A model generated the notes under the pieces. That model was not told the origin of the DNA, did not search any database, and was given only the letters and a program-made list of their open reading frames with translations. From IMG/VR virus record IMGVR_UViG_3300021478_000018: a stretch of DNA of 57,818 nucleotides; one strand, given 5' to 3'. The position numbers and the translations under genes were made by a program. This document shows positions 41,087 through 50,857 of the stretch, piece by piece; positions within the stretch are counted from its first letter, which is position 1; each line of letters begins with the position of its first letter. This stretch comes from an uncultured virus (IMG/VR IMGVR_UViG_3300021478_000018). Lineage: Duplodnaviria; Heunggongvirae; Uroviricota; Caudoviricetes.

Positions 41087-42136
41087 ATGGTCGATAATCC
41101 CTACGCGGAAACGCTCCTCGGCGCGGTAAAGGTTTATAATCTAGACCGGGGGACGAATTACCGGTATCTAAGGATCGACTGTCCGTGGTGCGACGAGAAT
41201 TTCGGGAAGCGCGATACCGCCGGGCACCTCCACTTTTACCTCGACTCCTCGATCGCCCGGTGTATGAGATGCGGGGCGTGGGGGACGGTTCCCGTTCTAT
41301 TCTCTAAACTCGGTCTCGTTCTTCCGGTCGCTTACGAAACCGGGATAACTTTTCCGGGCCTTTTACGCGAAAAATTCGATCTTTTATTTAACCTCGACCC
41401 GAATAATCCGAATAGTAACCGAAACGCGAAAACGACGAACTTACCTGAACCACCTGAAATTGAATTACCCTATGGAACGCTTGAATTTACCTACCTTAAC
41501 TCCCGAATCCCCTTCCACCGCCGCCCCCTTAAGATCGTAGAAAGCTGGAAACTCGATTTCGATATCCTTTTAAGTTTAAGATGGGGATGGAACGGGGACC
41601 TCGATTCTTTTATCTTTCCCGTTTATAACGAGAGGGGAGGACTGGTCTTCTGGTCGTCGAGAGCCGCGACGGGAAGCTTCCGCCGGTCCGCCGAGACGGA
41701 GTTCGCTCCGTACGGGATTCTCGGGGAGTTTTTTAACCCGCTTCGGAAATCGACCGAAGCCGTCTACCTCGTCGAAGGTCCGAAGGACGCCGCCGCGTTG
41801 TCCCAGGAGGGCTTTTGGGGCGTTTACCTTTTCGGGCATAACCCGAACGCCGCCCAGATCGCCCGCCTAAACTCGATCCCTCATACCAAAGTTCTCCTTC
41901 TCGACGCCGACGTTAGCGTCCGGGCGACGGAGATCGCCGAACGGGAGGGGGAACGATGGAAGGTAGTTTATCTACCGTCCGGGGATCCGGCGGACTACGC
42001 CGGGCGGCTTACCGGGACGCTCGCGGACTTATGGGAAACCCAGACCTCTTCTCGACGCGATTCGAAGATAGCCGAAATGAAGCAACGACTACACAATACT
42101 CAAATCCACCGAACAGCTCGAAGAAAAGCTCGTTAA
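41087..42136 (+). CDS. DNA primase (Zn-binding + TOPRIM)
   Basis: CPWC..CMRC; VYLVEGPKDA; LDAD; DPAD. Confidence 0.85.
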   Translation: MVDNPYAETLLGAVKVYNLDRGTNYRYLRIDCPWCDENFGKRDTAGHLHFYLDSSIARCMRCGAWGTVPVLFSKLGLVLPVAYETGITFPGLLREKFDLLFNLDPNNPNSNRNAKTTNLPEPPEIELPYGTLEFTYLNSRIPFHRRPLKIVESWKLDFDILLSLRWGWNGDLDSFIFPVYNERGGLVFWSSRAATGSFRRSAETEFAPYGILGEFFNPLRKSTEAVYLVEGPKDAAALSQEGFWGVYLFGHNPNAAQIARLNSIPHTKVLLLDADVSVRATEIAEREGERWKVVYLPSGDPADYAGRLTGTLADLWETQTSSRRDSKIAEMKQRLHNTQIHRTARRKAR

Positions 42137-42163
42137 AAAGTAAGCGAAATGTAGAAGAAGTTA

Positions 42164-43441
42164 ATGAACGTTCAATTTATCGTCGAATACGGGATTCCGA
42201 TCCCGTCGGGCCCCCGGATTATCCGGTCCCAAGGCGCTAACCGTAAAGCGCTCGAAGCGACGTTCCGCTCGATGAAAGTCGGAGGATCGTTTACGATCTC
42301 TTCCCCCCATCTTACCGGCGAGGCCCGGTGCGTCGCCGCGAACCTCGGCTACGATATTTTAATCGTCTTAGAGGGGAAAGCGTGGAGATGCTGGCTGACC
42401 GGGAAAGACGGCGAAACCGAAAGCTCCCCGCCCCCAAAATCCTTCCCCCCGGAACCGGTTAGTCCCGCCTCCGGCGAGACCGCCGAAGTTACCGGGGGCC
42501 GATCCGAAGAGGAGATTACCTCCTATCTAGAGAAGAAGGGTCTTACGATCGAGTACGCCTCGGAGAAGATCCGCTTCCGCCATCCCCATAAACTTTCTCG
42601 GATTTTAACCCTTTCCGCCCTTAAAGACGGGAAGGTCCGGCTTTCTTTCGCGCACGCCTTACCGGAGTTCGTAGAAATGTGGAATATCGCGCCGACCGGG
42701 GAGCTTCCGCTTAATCTCGGTCTCGCCGAAGTTTACGAGGCGCTCGACGACTTTTTCGAGGTCGTCTTCGAAGATCCGCCGCCCGGTTCCCCGCCTTTCG
42801 AGGAAAGGATGAAGGAATTGGACGAGCTGATTAACCGGATCTCCCGTAAACGCCAGTTGTACGATAATCCGGAGCACTACGAGCTAAATTATGACGATCT
42901 CGTCGCGATGGCGACCGAGAAAGCATACGAGGTTTATATCCGTTTTGGGGATAAGCCGACTTTCGAGTTCCAGTGTCTCGTCGCCCGTTCTATCGAGAGA
43001 AAATTCGATTCCTTATTCAATAAGCACTTTAAGTCGAAGTGCCGGTTCGGGGCCGGGTTACCGGTCGCTTTAACGGACGAGATGTTAGAAGTTCGCCGGA
43101 GCGCGAAGCTCGAAGAGGACGAAGAAGACGAAGAAATAGTAACGAAGGAAGAATTTAACGAGTACCTCGATACGTTACCGCCGGTCGAACGATTACTAAT
43201 GAAAAGCGTTTACTATCCGACGGATAGTCTTCGGGAGGAGGAAGCTTTAAACCGGCTTCGCTACGAGCGGATTAAAGCCCAGTCGCCGAAATCTCGGATT
43301 ACGATCGCGAAATATCGGTTACGAAAGCTCGCTTTAAGTACCGATAAGAGCGAAAATGAATTAAAAATAGCGCTCGCGAACCTAGTTAAGACGAACCCTT
43401 CTGCCGCCTGGGACGAGCTGGTAGAAAGTTTAAATGGATAA
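42164..43441 (+). CDS. Protein with C-terminal sigma-70/ECF-like domains
   Basis: YDDLVAMATEKAYEVY..FQCLVARSIERKFDSL (region 2-like) and LDTLPPVERLLM..LRKLALSTDKSENELK (region 4-like); CGAAATGTA upstream. Confidence 0.5.
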   Translation: MNVQFIVEYGIPIPSGPRIIRSQGANRKALEATFRSMKVGGSFTISSPHLTGEARCVAANLGYDILIVLEGKAWRCWLTGKDGETESSPPPKSFPPEPVSPASGETAEVTGGRSEEEITSYLEKKGLTIEYASEKIRFRHPHKLSRILTLSALKDGKVRLSFAHALPEFVEMWNIAPTGELPLNLGLAEVYEALDDFFEVVFEDPPPGSPPFEERMKELDELINRISRKRQLYDNPEHYELNYDDLVAMATEKAYEVYIRFGDKPTFEFQCLVARSIERKFDSLFNKHFKSKCRFGAGLPVALTDEMLEVRRSAKLEEDEEDEEIVTKEEFNEYLDTLPPVERLLMKSVYYPTDSLREEEALNRLRYERIKAQSPKSRITIAKYRLRKLALSTDKSENELKIALANLVKTNPSAAWDELVESLNG

Positions 43442-44720
43442 AGACGCCGAAACTAACCGCTGGGTCGCTCGGGCGCTCAAACGGTGCGGATGGATCGAGC
43501 CGACGGATTCGCTTATTAAGGAGGCGCTCGGCTTTTTAAAGAAAAACGGGACCGCCCTAACGAAATATAAGACGATCTACGGCGGGCTCGAAAAATTTAA
43601 TCCCGAAGCGCCGCCGCTCGTCCCGTCGCCCGACCGGAAATACGTCGACCTTTTAATCCTCGCCTCGGCGTGCGGTCTGGCGATCCCGGTTAATCTCGGA
43701 GCCGAGCCGGTCGAGAATAAGATCCGCGAGGTCGAGCTTATCCTCCGGAAGGCGGCGAAGAAATTTAAGCTTCCCTCGGACGCCTACGCCCGGGACGTCG
43801 CGCTCCGTTACGATATCGTCTTCGAAGGGAAGATCCTCGATTGCTTCGGGTACTGGGAACCGGATAATAAGTTATGCATGGGCTGTACGGACCAGGAGCG
43901 TTGCTACGCCGTCGTTAAGAACGCCGGGATGGAGGCGCTCGTTAACCCGGCGATTAAAGAGTTCGGGGTTCCCGAGCCGCTCCGGGAAAGCGCCCCGTTA
44001 AGGGTCTGCCGGATCGAGAGGAGTACGAACGAAGGAGCCCTCGCGGCGGCGAACGACCGGAAGTCGCTTATAATCTGGATCGGGTCGGAGTTCCCGGCCT
44101 TAGCCCGGTTCGATTATACCGAGAGCGTTAACTTCCAGATTACCCACCCCTACCGGAAGCGGCTCGTCCTTTTAAAGGTCGAGAAATTTTCGCCGAAAGC
44201 GTACCTCGTCGTCTTTAACGTAATCTCCGACGAACAGGCCGCTGAGTTCGGCTTTACGAAGATCCGGAATAACTGGACCCATACCGCGCCCGACGTTTTA
44301 AAGCTCCAGGACGAGATCCGGAAATATCTCGTCGTGGCGATGGATATTCCGGCGATCTCGGTCGTCCTCTCGAAGGAAGAGGAGATTAAGCAGCAGATCC
44401 AGCGCTACCTAACCGAGAATTGGACCGGGATTTTAGAGCATCGTGCCGATCACGACGTCTTTATCGACTCCCGTCGGCAGAAGATCCTCCGTTTCTCCCG
44501 GCTTTCGACGAAAGGGTTCCGGCTCGATTTTTCGCGATGGGGACGGGAGAAGGCGAACGAGTTCGGCCTTCGCTATACGTCGAGCGGGGCCCGCTACGAG
44601 GGCTCGGACCGGACGGAACTCGAACGTCTTCTCCGGATCTACCTACACTCGATTCGATCGGATTATTTCGGACCCCGGAACGGCTACGTCCCGGGAAGCT
44701 CTTTTCTCGCGACGAATTGA
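43434..44720 (+). CDS. Hypothetical protein
   Basis: 428 aa; CFG..CxxC..C cluster; overlaps the preceding stop. Confidence 0.6.
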   Translation: MDKDAETNRWVARALKRCGWIEPTDSLIKEALGFLKKNGTALTKYKTIYGGLEKFNPEAPPLVPSPDRKYVDLLILASACGLAIPVNLGAEPVENKIREVELILRKAAKKFKLPSDAYARDVALRYDIVFEGKILDCFGYWEPDNKLCMGCTDQERCYAVVKNAGMEALVNPAIKEFGVPEPLRESAPLRVCRIERSTNEGALAAANDRKSLIIWIGSEFPALARFDYTESVNFQITHPYRKRLVLLKVEKFSPKAYLVVFNVISDEQAAEFGFTKIRNNWTHTAPDVLKLQDEIRKYLVVAMDIPAISVVLSKEEEIKQQIQRYLTENWTGILEHRADHDVFIDSRRQKILRFSRLSTKGFRLDFSRWGREKANEFGLRYTSSGARYEGSDRTELERLLRIYLHSIRSDYFGPRNGYVPGSSFLATN

Positions 44721-44728
44721 TCCTCGGG

Positions 44729-45514
44729 ATGATACCGATCTACATCCCGTCGAAGGGCGACCCGGATAATAAAACGAGTCGCCTCTTTAAAGGCCGCCGG
44801 GATTATACCGTCTTCGTCGAGCCTTCGGAATTAGACCTTTACCGCGAGGCGAACGCCGACGTCGTCTCGATCGAGGAAAATAATCTCGGGAACGGGTACG
44901 TTATGCGCTATATCCAGCGGTACGCCGACCGGAACGAGGTCGCGATAAGCTGGATCCTCGACGACGACTTCCGGGAGTTCTACCGGTTACCGGTGGACCC
45001 GGGCGCGAGGCCGGAAGCGGGCGGGGCGGCGATCCTCGCGGAGGCGGAGGAAGCCGTCTTAACGGAGGACTTCCTTAATTTAACCCCGCCGGTCGCGGCG
45101 GCCCACTTCGAATTTATGGAGCCCCGGACGCGGAACCCGCGTCCCTTTACCTTCCATAAGGTCCCGGTTATGGGCTTACTCGTAATCTGGGACCGGGTCC
45201 GGGCGGCGGGAGCGGAATACGACGCCGACCCGGCGACCCATTGGGACGTCGACTTCGCTTTCCAGCTTTTCCGGGCCGGGTTTACGACCGCCCAGTTTAA
45301 CCGCTTCGCTCAGAAGGTCGCTCCGAGCCTTAGTAACTACACTCACCCCGATTATCTCCGGCGGTGCGAGCGGATGATTGGACGGTGGGGGGATTGGGTT
45401 AAGATCGTTCCGAACCCGAAGATTTATTCGGGGACCGACCGGGTTCCGGTCGAGAAGCGGGTCCAGTTACAGCGGAACCATCGGGCTTGGAAAAAATACC
45501 TCGGCGTCGTATGA
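44729..45514 (+). CDS. GT-A fold glycosyltransferase (resembles DNA-modification-associated GTs)
   Basis: Start MIPIYIPSKG; WILDDD (DxD) and WDVDF motifs. Confidence 0.65.
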   Translation: MIPIYIPSKGDPDNKTSRLFKGRRDYTVFVEPSELDLYREANADVVSIEENNLGNGYVMRYIQRYADRNEVAISWILDDDFREFYRLPVDPGARPEAGGAAILAEAEEAVLTEDFLNLTPPVAAAHFEFMEPRTRNPRPFTFHKVPVMGLLVIWDRVRAAGAEYDADPATHWDVDFAFQLFRAGFTTAQFNRFAQKVAPSLSNYTHPDYLRRCERMIGRWGDWVKIVPNPKIYSGTDRVPVEKRVQLQRNHRAWKKYLGVV

Positions 45515-45529
45515 CGAAACGTAGGAGGT

Positions 45530-46255
45530 ATGAATGAAACTTTCGCACAGAAATTGGCGCCTCTTATCGAGCCCCACGTCGCGTGGGTAAACGCCCAGAT
45601 CGCCGAAAAACCTTCGCGGAACGGTTATACGCTGGTTAAAATCGTCGCCGCCTGGGAAGCTTATAAAAAGGGTACGATCTCGGAAGACGACCTAAAATTT
45701 AAGGTCGAGCAGCTACATAAGGCTCTTCAAAGCCAAATCGATCGAAAGACTTATAAAAATTACTTTAATTCGACCGGAAAATGGTGGTCTACCGAAGCTG
45801 GGATTTTTTCGGCTCTCGGAATGCCCTTTACTCCCGCTTCTACCTCCGAAGAGGAAGAGAATGAAGACGATCTTATCGCGAGCCTAAACGGAGGCGATTC
45901 GGATAAATATAAACCGCTCCGGACCCTCGGCGATAAGACCCTCGGTACGGGCGTTTATTTATGGACGTTCCCTTGCATTACCGACGGGCGGGTAAAGATC
46001 GGAAAGTTTACCGGAACGGCGTCCGAACGGGTCGACGCTCAAATTAACGCTAGCAAAACGGCGATCCCCCAAAAGCCGACGATTTTACTCGAAATCTACC
46101 ATAAGGATTTTGAAAATATGGAGCGCTTAGTGCATCGCGTTTTACGCGCTCGCGCTAAAAAGTGCCCGGATAGCGTCGGGGACGAGTGGTTCTTTACGAC
46201 CCCGGAGGAAGTAACCCCGATCATCGAATTCGTTTACGAATCTCCTCTTAGCTAA
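45530..46255 (+). CDS. T5orf172 / GIY-YIG-like domain protein
   Basis: VYLW..VKIG..ERV..E..VH..DEWF; CGAAACGTA 6 nt upstream. Confidence 0.75.
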   Translation: MNETFAQKLAPLIEPHVAWVNAQIAEKPSRNGYTLVKIVAAWEAYKKGTISEDDLKFKVEQLHKALQSQIDRKTYKNYFNSTGKWWSTEAGIFSALGMPFTPASTSEEEENEDDLIASLNGGDSDKYKPLRTLGDKTLGTGVYLWTFPCITDGRVKIGKFTGTASERVDAQINASKTAIPQKPTILLEIYHKDFENMERLVHRVLRARAKKCPDSVGDEWFFTTPEEVTPIIEFVYESPLS

Positions 46256-46355
46256 AAATTCCGATTTAGAAATTTAGTATCCGTTCTCTATAGGAAGAGA
46301 TCGAAAAATTTAGAAATTCGGTCCGAAATGTAGGTTAGGAAGAAAGGAAATATCT

Positions 46356-46517
46356 ATGCAAAAAACTTATAAAACGAAGCTGTCCCGCATGAAGGTCGAA
46401 ACCTTCAAGGAGCGCCTCGCGAACGGTAATCTCGGATTTCGCGTCCGAAAATTCCTGAACGGGGAGTTGAGCGCGGTCGTCGGCGCGGACGGATGGATTC
46501 ATTTCTCTCCCGTCTAA
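46356..46517 (+). CDS. Small protein (53 aa)
   Basis: Hand-translated MQKTYKTKLS..WIHFSPV*; own CGAAATGTA (46324), AAGGA and downstream terminator. Confidence 0.55.
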   Translation: MQKTYKTKLSRMKVETFKERLANGNLGFRVRKFLNGELSAVVGADGWIHFSPV

Positions 46518-46531
46518 GCGGTCGAACCTCT

Positions 46532-46562
46532 AAAGGTCCGGGTTAATAGCCCGGGCCTTTTT
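46532..46562 (+). terminator. Intrinsic terminator
   Basis: AAAGGTCCGGG-TTAATAG-CCCGGGCCTTTTT. Confidence 0.75.
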
Positions 46563-46583
46563 CGTTTCCGAAATGTACTAGCT

Positions 46584-47360
46584 ATGAATACTTTTTGCGA
46601 AGTCGTCGTTTGGATCTGGATTATTATCGGGATCCTCCTTCTCCCCGTTAACTCCTTCGTCGGGACGTTTCTTATCTCGATTTGGTTAAAGATCGATACC
46701 GATACTTGGCTTCACCGGGTAATGATCCCGTCTTGGATCCTACAGATCGTCTGGAATCTCGTCGTTTTCTCGATCCTCCTTCTCGGCTCGACCGCCTTAG
46801 AGAGCGAGAAAGGAAAGATTACCTACACCCTTACCCGGGGTACCTGGGAAAATTGGAATGTAGATAAAACTCTCCCTCCCAACCATTTTAACCCCGACGT
46901 CTGGGACTTCCACTTTTATAAAGAGACGGCGAAAGGGAAGACCGAAATCGACCCCTTTTCCGAAGAGGCGACTCCCTTCCAAAAGGCCTATAGCGAATCC
47001 GGTATAGAGAAAGGGCTCGACCCGGAGGGTCTAAAAGACGTCGTCTTTTCGGACGGGTCCGTCGCGCATAGCGACGGGGGAATAATCGATAAAATAATCG
47101 CCTTCGATAATCTTTCCGAAGACGAAGCCCGGGCCTATATCGACCGCTACAATACCCCTCACCCCGTCGGTTTCTTTTTTAGCGGGATCTTCCCGATGAT
47201 TATCGTCTCGGTTCTTGCCCCGTTCGTTTGGATGATCGGAGAGGCGTTCGTAATCGCTTTTATCGTCTTCGTTTTCTCGAACCCTCTCTTAGCCGCCGCC
47301 GTCTACGGACCGATCGTTTACAAACTCGGGAAAGCCGGAGCCTTTAAGGGGGCTCTTTAA
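46584..47360 (+). CDS. Multi-pass membrane protein
   Basis: Hydrophobic helices at both termini; ATG 6 nt after CGAAATGTA. Confidence 0.65.
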   Translation: MNTFCEVVVWIWIIIGILLLPVNSFVGTFLISIWLKIDTDTWLHRVMIPSWILQIVWNLVVFSILLLGSTALESEKGKITYTLTRGTWENWNVDKTLPPNHFNPDVWDFHFYKETAKGKTEIDPFSEEATPFQKAYSESGIEKGLDPEGLKDVVFSDGSVAHSDGGIIDKIIAFDNLSEDEARAYIDRYNTPHPVGFFFSGIFPMIIVSVLAPFVWMIGEAFVIAFIVFVFSNPLLAAAVYGPIVYKLGKAGAFKGAL

Positions 47361-47383
47361 GGTAGGCCGGGTATTTAGGGGGT

Positions 47384-48781
47384 ATGCCGCCGTCGCCTCG
47401 CCGCTACCATCTCGTCCTCGACGCCGATCTTAAGGCTCTCTACGAAAGCCGTCTCCCGAACGGACCGGCTTTCGCGACTCTCGACGAATCCCAACGGGCC
47501 GAGTTCCGGCTCTTCGTCGAGACGAAGGGAGTTCTCTTTAATCCGAGATGGGGGCTTACGGGGCGGCTTAACGCGTACGACGCCCTACGGACGTTTACGT
47601 TAGCCGAAAACGAGGTAGCGCTCGAAGATCCGGAGACCGAAGACCCGGATATCGAAGACGAAATTCGCGCCCGGACCGCCGCGAAAATCCACGGAACTAA
47701 GGCGACGAGCGCGGGCGGCGTTACGACCGATCCCTCTGAAATGGAAGCGAAAACGAAGATCCGGGAGCTACAACGGCTTTGGGCGTCGTTACCGTTAACC
47801 GAAGCGGAGGAAGATCGGCCGCAACCGGTCCGCGAAATTTTTCCGAGCGAACCGGGCGATCCGCCCGGCTCGTGGCGGATTAAAACGATGAAGTTCAATC
47901 CAGAAACCGGTAAAAAGGAAGAAGTCCGAACGCTCATCCGGCCCTTGACGAAGAAAAAAGAAGCAATCATCGATCAGCTTCAAGCGATCCTTCTCCCCTT
48001 CGTTAAAAAGAGCGTCGCTCGGACTCTCAATAATCCGAAATACCGGGGATTGCAGGACCAAACGGATGAGATCGCGGATAAGGTACTCGTCAACTGGGCT
48101 TATAAGGTCCGCCAAGTTGAAAACGAAATCGAGGACGGTTCCGCGCCCGCGCACGCTAGTGAAATTGCAGGTTCTTATAAGACGCCCCGAGGGCGCGAGA
48201 CCCAACATCCCGACGAATTTTTTAAGAGTTACCGGGACGCTAATCTCGACCGTACAACCTATCCTGATATTATCCGGGACGTTATGAATCGGATCGGGAA
48301 GGTCATCGGTAACGAAATTAACAAAAGCAAACGGGCAGGTCAATTTACCTCCGACCAACCCGTTAGTACCTCCGGCGAACTTTCCGACGAAGGGGAAGAG
48401 GCCGAGGTTATCGCGAAGACTCCTCCGGAACAAATTACTCATCCGTCGGAACTCGACGATAAATTCAGCGCCTTTAAAGAGATCGAAAACGCTCTCCGGA
48501 CCTACCCGAAGGAATACAAACTTTTTAAAGCGATTATTAGTAGTCCGGGGGATTTAGTAGCCGCCGGGGTAAGTCTCGGCTGGACGAAGGAGAAAACGAT
48601 CGACGTTTTAAAAAGTTTGCGAACGGCGATTCATAAGGAGGTCCCGGAACACGCCGATATTTTCGCCCGGCTTCGGGAAAGTAAGAAATACGCGCCCTTA
48701 GCGCGGCTCCTTTTTCCCGGTCTTTGCATCCAAGAGGTGCGGCCAACTTACTCTACTTACCGGAAGTTTGATCTAATTTAA
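47384..48781 (+). CDS. Hypothetical protein with weak sigma-like C-terminal half
   Basis: LLPFVKKSVAR..DEIADKVL and IENALRTYPKEYKLF..AAGVSLGWTKEKT HTH-like segment; GGTATTTA 6 nt upstream. Confidence 0.45.
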   Translation: MPPSPRRYHLVLDADLKALYESRLPNGPAFATLDESQRAEFRLFVETKGVLFNPRWGLTGRLNAYDALRTFTLAENEVALEDPETEDPDIEDEIRARTAAKIHGTKATSAGGVTTDPSEMEAKTKIRELQRLWASLPLTEAEEDRPQPVREIFPSEPGDPPGSWRIKTMKFNPETGKKEEVRTLIRPLTKKKEAIIDQLQAILLPFVKKSVARTLNNPKYRGLQDQTDEIADKVLVNWAYKVRQVENEIEDGSAPAHASEIAGSYKTPRGRETQHPDEFFKSYRDANLDRTTYPDIIRDVMNRIGKVIGNEINKSKRAGQFTSDQPVSTSGELSDEGEEAEVIAKTPPEQITHPSELDDKFSAFKEIENALRTYPKEYKLFKAIISSPGDLVAAGVSLGWTKEKTIDVLKSLRTAIHKEVPEHADIFARLRESKKYAPLARLLFPGLCIQEVRPTYSTYRKFDLI

Positions 48782-48806
48782 TTCTCGTCCGTTCTAAAGT
48801 AGGTTA

Positions 48807-50447
48807 GTGGACTTGGATTGGCGCGACTTCTTCCCCGAGGCGAATCCCCGGGAAATACAGACTCAGATACTCGACTTCGTTACGGGAAATCTCGACGATG
48901 CCGACGCCTTCTTTATCGAGGCTCCGGCGGGAGTCGGGAAGTCGGCGATCGCCGTTACCCTAGCGCGATGGTTTGCGGCGAGAACCCTTCTCGAAAATAA
49001 GTATACGGCGGCGAACGAGGCTCGTTCGTACCTTAGTACGACGACGGTTGCCCTAGAGGATCAGTATATGCGAAGTTACCGGTCGCGAGGGCTCGTACAG
49101 CTCCATTCCGCTTCCCATTATAACTGTTCCCGGCGGCGGCGCGGGAACGACCCGCGCCCGATGACCTGCGAGGAGGGGAAAGCGGTCGCGAAGATCGTCG
49201 GGAAACGCTGTCCCGGGGAAAGGCCCTGCCCGTATACGGCGGCGAAAGAATACTTCGCGGAAAGCTCTTACGGGATCGTTAACGCCGCCTATCTCCTTAC
49301 CGAAGCGACTTACGTCCGGAAGCTCGGGACCCGGGGCCTTCTAATCTCCGACGAGGGGCATACCCTCGCCGAGTCGATCTGCAATTTCCTCGAATTTAAT
49401 TTAACGGCGAAAAAGATCGCCTCGGTCGGGCTCCTCTACCCGAAGATCCCGGAGGACGAGAAAGAGATCCCGACGCTTCTCGAATGGTTACGGGAGACCT
49501 ATAAACCGGCGCTCTCGGCCCGGTACGCGGCGCTTACGGGAGAGATCGAATCCCGCCCGGAAGACGATCCCTTAACCGTTTCTTATTCCCGCGAGCTACA
49601 GGCCGTCGAAGGCGAAATCGGGAAAGTCGGGGCTCTCCTCGCGAACGTAAGCGAGGCGAAGTGGGTAATTGAGCGGGGGAGCTTCGGGAACGGCGAATTC
49701 TTATCCTTAACCCCGCTTTCGGCGAAGACCTTCTCCCGCCGGATCCTCGATAAGATCTCCCCGAAGCTTATCCTCCTTTCGGCGACCCTTATCGACTTCG
49801 ACTACCACGCCTCCGAACTCGGGATTAACCCGGACCGGCTCGGTATTTTTCAGGCCCCTTCCCCTTTCCCGGTCGCGAACCGGCCTATTTTCGTCTCGCC
49901 CCGGGTTAAGCTCGATCACCGCGACCTCGTCCGGACCTGCGAGGCGGCGGCGGCTTTTATCGCCCCGATCCTCGACGGTCATCCCGGGGAGCGCGGGATT
50001 ATCTTTACCTCCTCCTACCCCCAGGCCCGGGGAATCGTCGAAGCGGTCAACCGCTTAACCGGCGAAAACCGGCTCGCGACGCACGCTAACTCGGAAGGGA
50101 AAACCTTCCTCCTTAAGATGCACGCCGCCCGGGCCGATTCGGTTCTCGTTAGCCCTTCGATGCACGAGGGGCTCGACCTTAAGGACGATCTTTCCCGCTT
50201 CCAAATCATTACCAAGCTCCCTTTCCCGAGTCTCGGCTCGAAAGTCGTCCAGGGGCGTATGGCGACGTCCCCGTCCTGGTACGGGTATACGACGGTCCTT
50301 AAACTTATCCAGGCTACCGGTCGCTCGATCCGGACCGAGACCGATACGGCGGCGACCTACATTCTCGACGAGGCGTTTAACTGGTTTTACGATCGGAACC
50401 GTAAATTATTTCCACCCTACTGGCAGGAAGCCGTTCAGTTTATATGA
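48807..50447 (+). CDS. DinG/XPD-like SF2 helicase
   Basis: REIQ, APAGVGKS, Cys cluster, DEGH, LSAT, EGLDL, QATGRSIR. Confidence 0.9.
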   Translation: MDLDWRDFFPEANPREIQTQILDFVTGNLDDADAFFIEAPAGVGKSAIAVTLARWFAARTLLENKYTAANEARSYLSTTTVALEDQYMRSYRSRGLVQLHSASHYNCSRRRRGNDPRPMTCEEGKAVAKIVGKRCPGERPCPYTAAKEYFAESSYGIVNAAYLLTEATYVRKLGTRGLLISDEGHTLAESICNFLEFNLTAKKIASVGLLYPKIPEDEKEIPTLLEWLRETYKPALSARYAALTGEIESRPEDDPLTVSYSRELQAVEGEIGKVGALLANVSEAKWVIERGSFGNGEFLSLTPLSAKTFSRRILDKISPKLILLSATLIDFDYHASELGINPDRLGIFQAPSPFPVANRPIFVSPRVKLDHRDLVRTCEAAAAFIAPILDGHPGERGIIFTSSYPQARGIVEAVNRLTGENRLATHANSEGKTFLLKMHAARADSVLVSPSMHEGLDLKDDLSRFQIITKLPFPSLGSKVVQGRMATSPSWYGYTTVLKLIQATGRSIRTETDTAATYILDEAFNWFYDRNRKLFPPYWQEAVQFI

Positions 50448-50857
50448 CGACTACGACGCGGAAAACCGAACCCGTTCTCGGGAAACCGGAAATAGTCGCG
50501 AGCTTAATTCGGGAAGGTTTTCCTCCGGACGAAGCGGGACGGGCGTTCGAGTTAATAATGGAAACGATCGGGCGCGGGCTCCGGAAAGGCCGGACGGTTT
50601 ATTTTCGGCGGATTTGTAAGATTTGGGTCTTGACCCGACCGCCGAGGAAATGGTGGGATAATTGGAACCAGCGTTATATCTATTTCGGGGAGCGTAAGGT
50701 TCTTAAGATTAAACCCTTCCTTCTAAAAGAGCGTAACATCCTAGTCGAACGACCCTTCCCCCCGAAGAAAATCCCTTCCCGTCCCCATGCATCAAAGTCA
50801 AGCCCAAGCGCAAGCGCTATTAAAGTGGTATCCGAACCTAAGGAAAACCCTCGTTAA
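50444..50857 (+). CDS. HU/IHF-like DNA-binding protein
   Basis: KPEIVASL..IMETIGRGLRKGRTVYFRRICKI..RPPR..RKVLKIKP pattern. Confidence 0.7.
   Translation: MTTTTRKTEPVLGKPEIVASLIREGFPPDEAGRAFELIMETIGRGLRKGRTVYFRRICKIWVLTRPPRKWWDNWNQRYIYFGERKVLKIKPFLLKERNILVERPFPPKKIPSRPHASKSSPSASAIKVVSEPKENPR

Noticed and set aside
44420..44728. N-terminal extension of the 364-aa ORF
   Set aside because: Overlaps the preceding gene; the glycosyltransferase fold starts at MIPIYIPS (44729).
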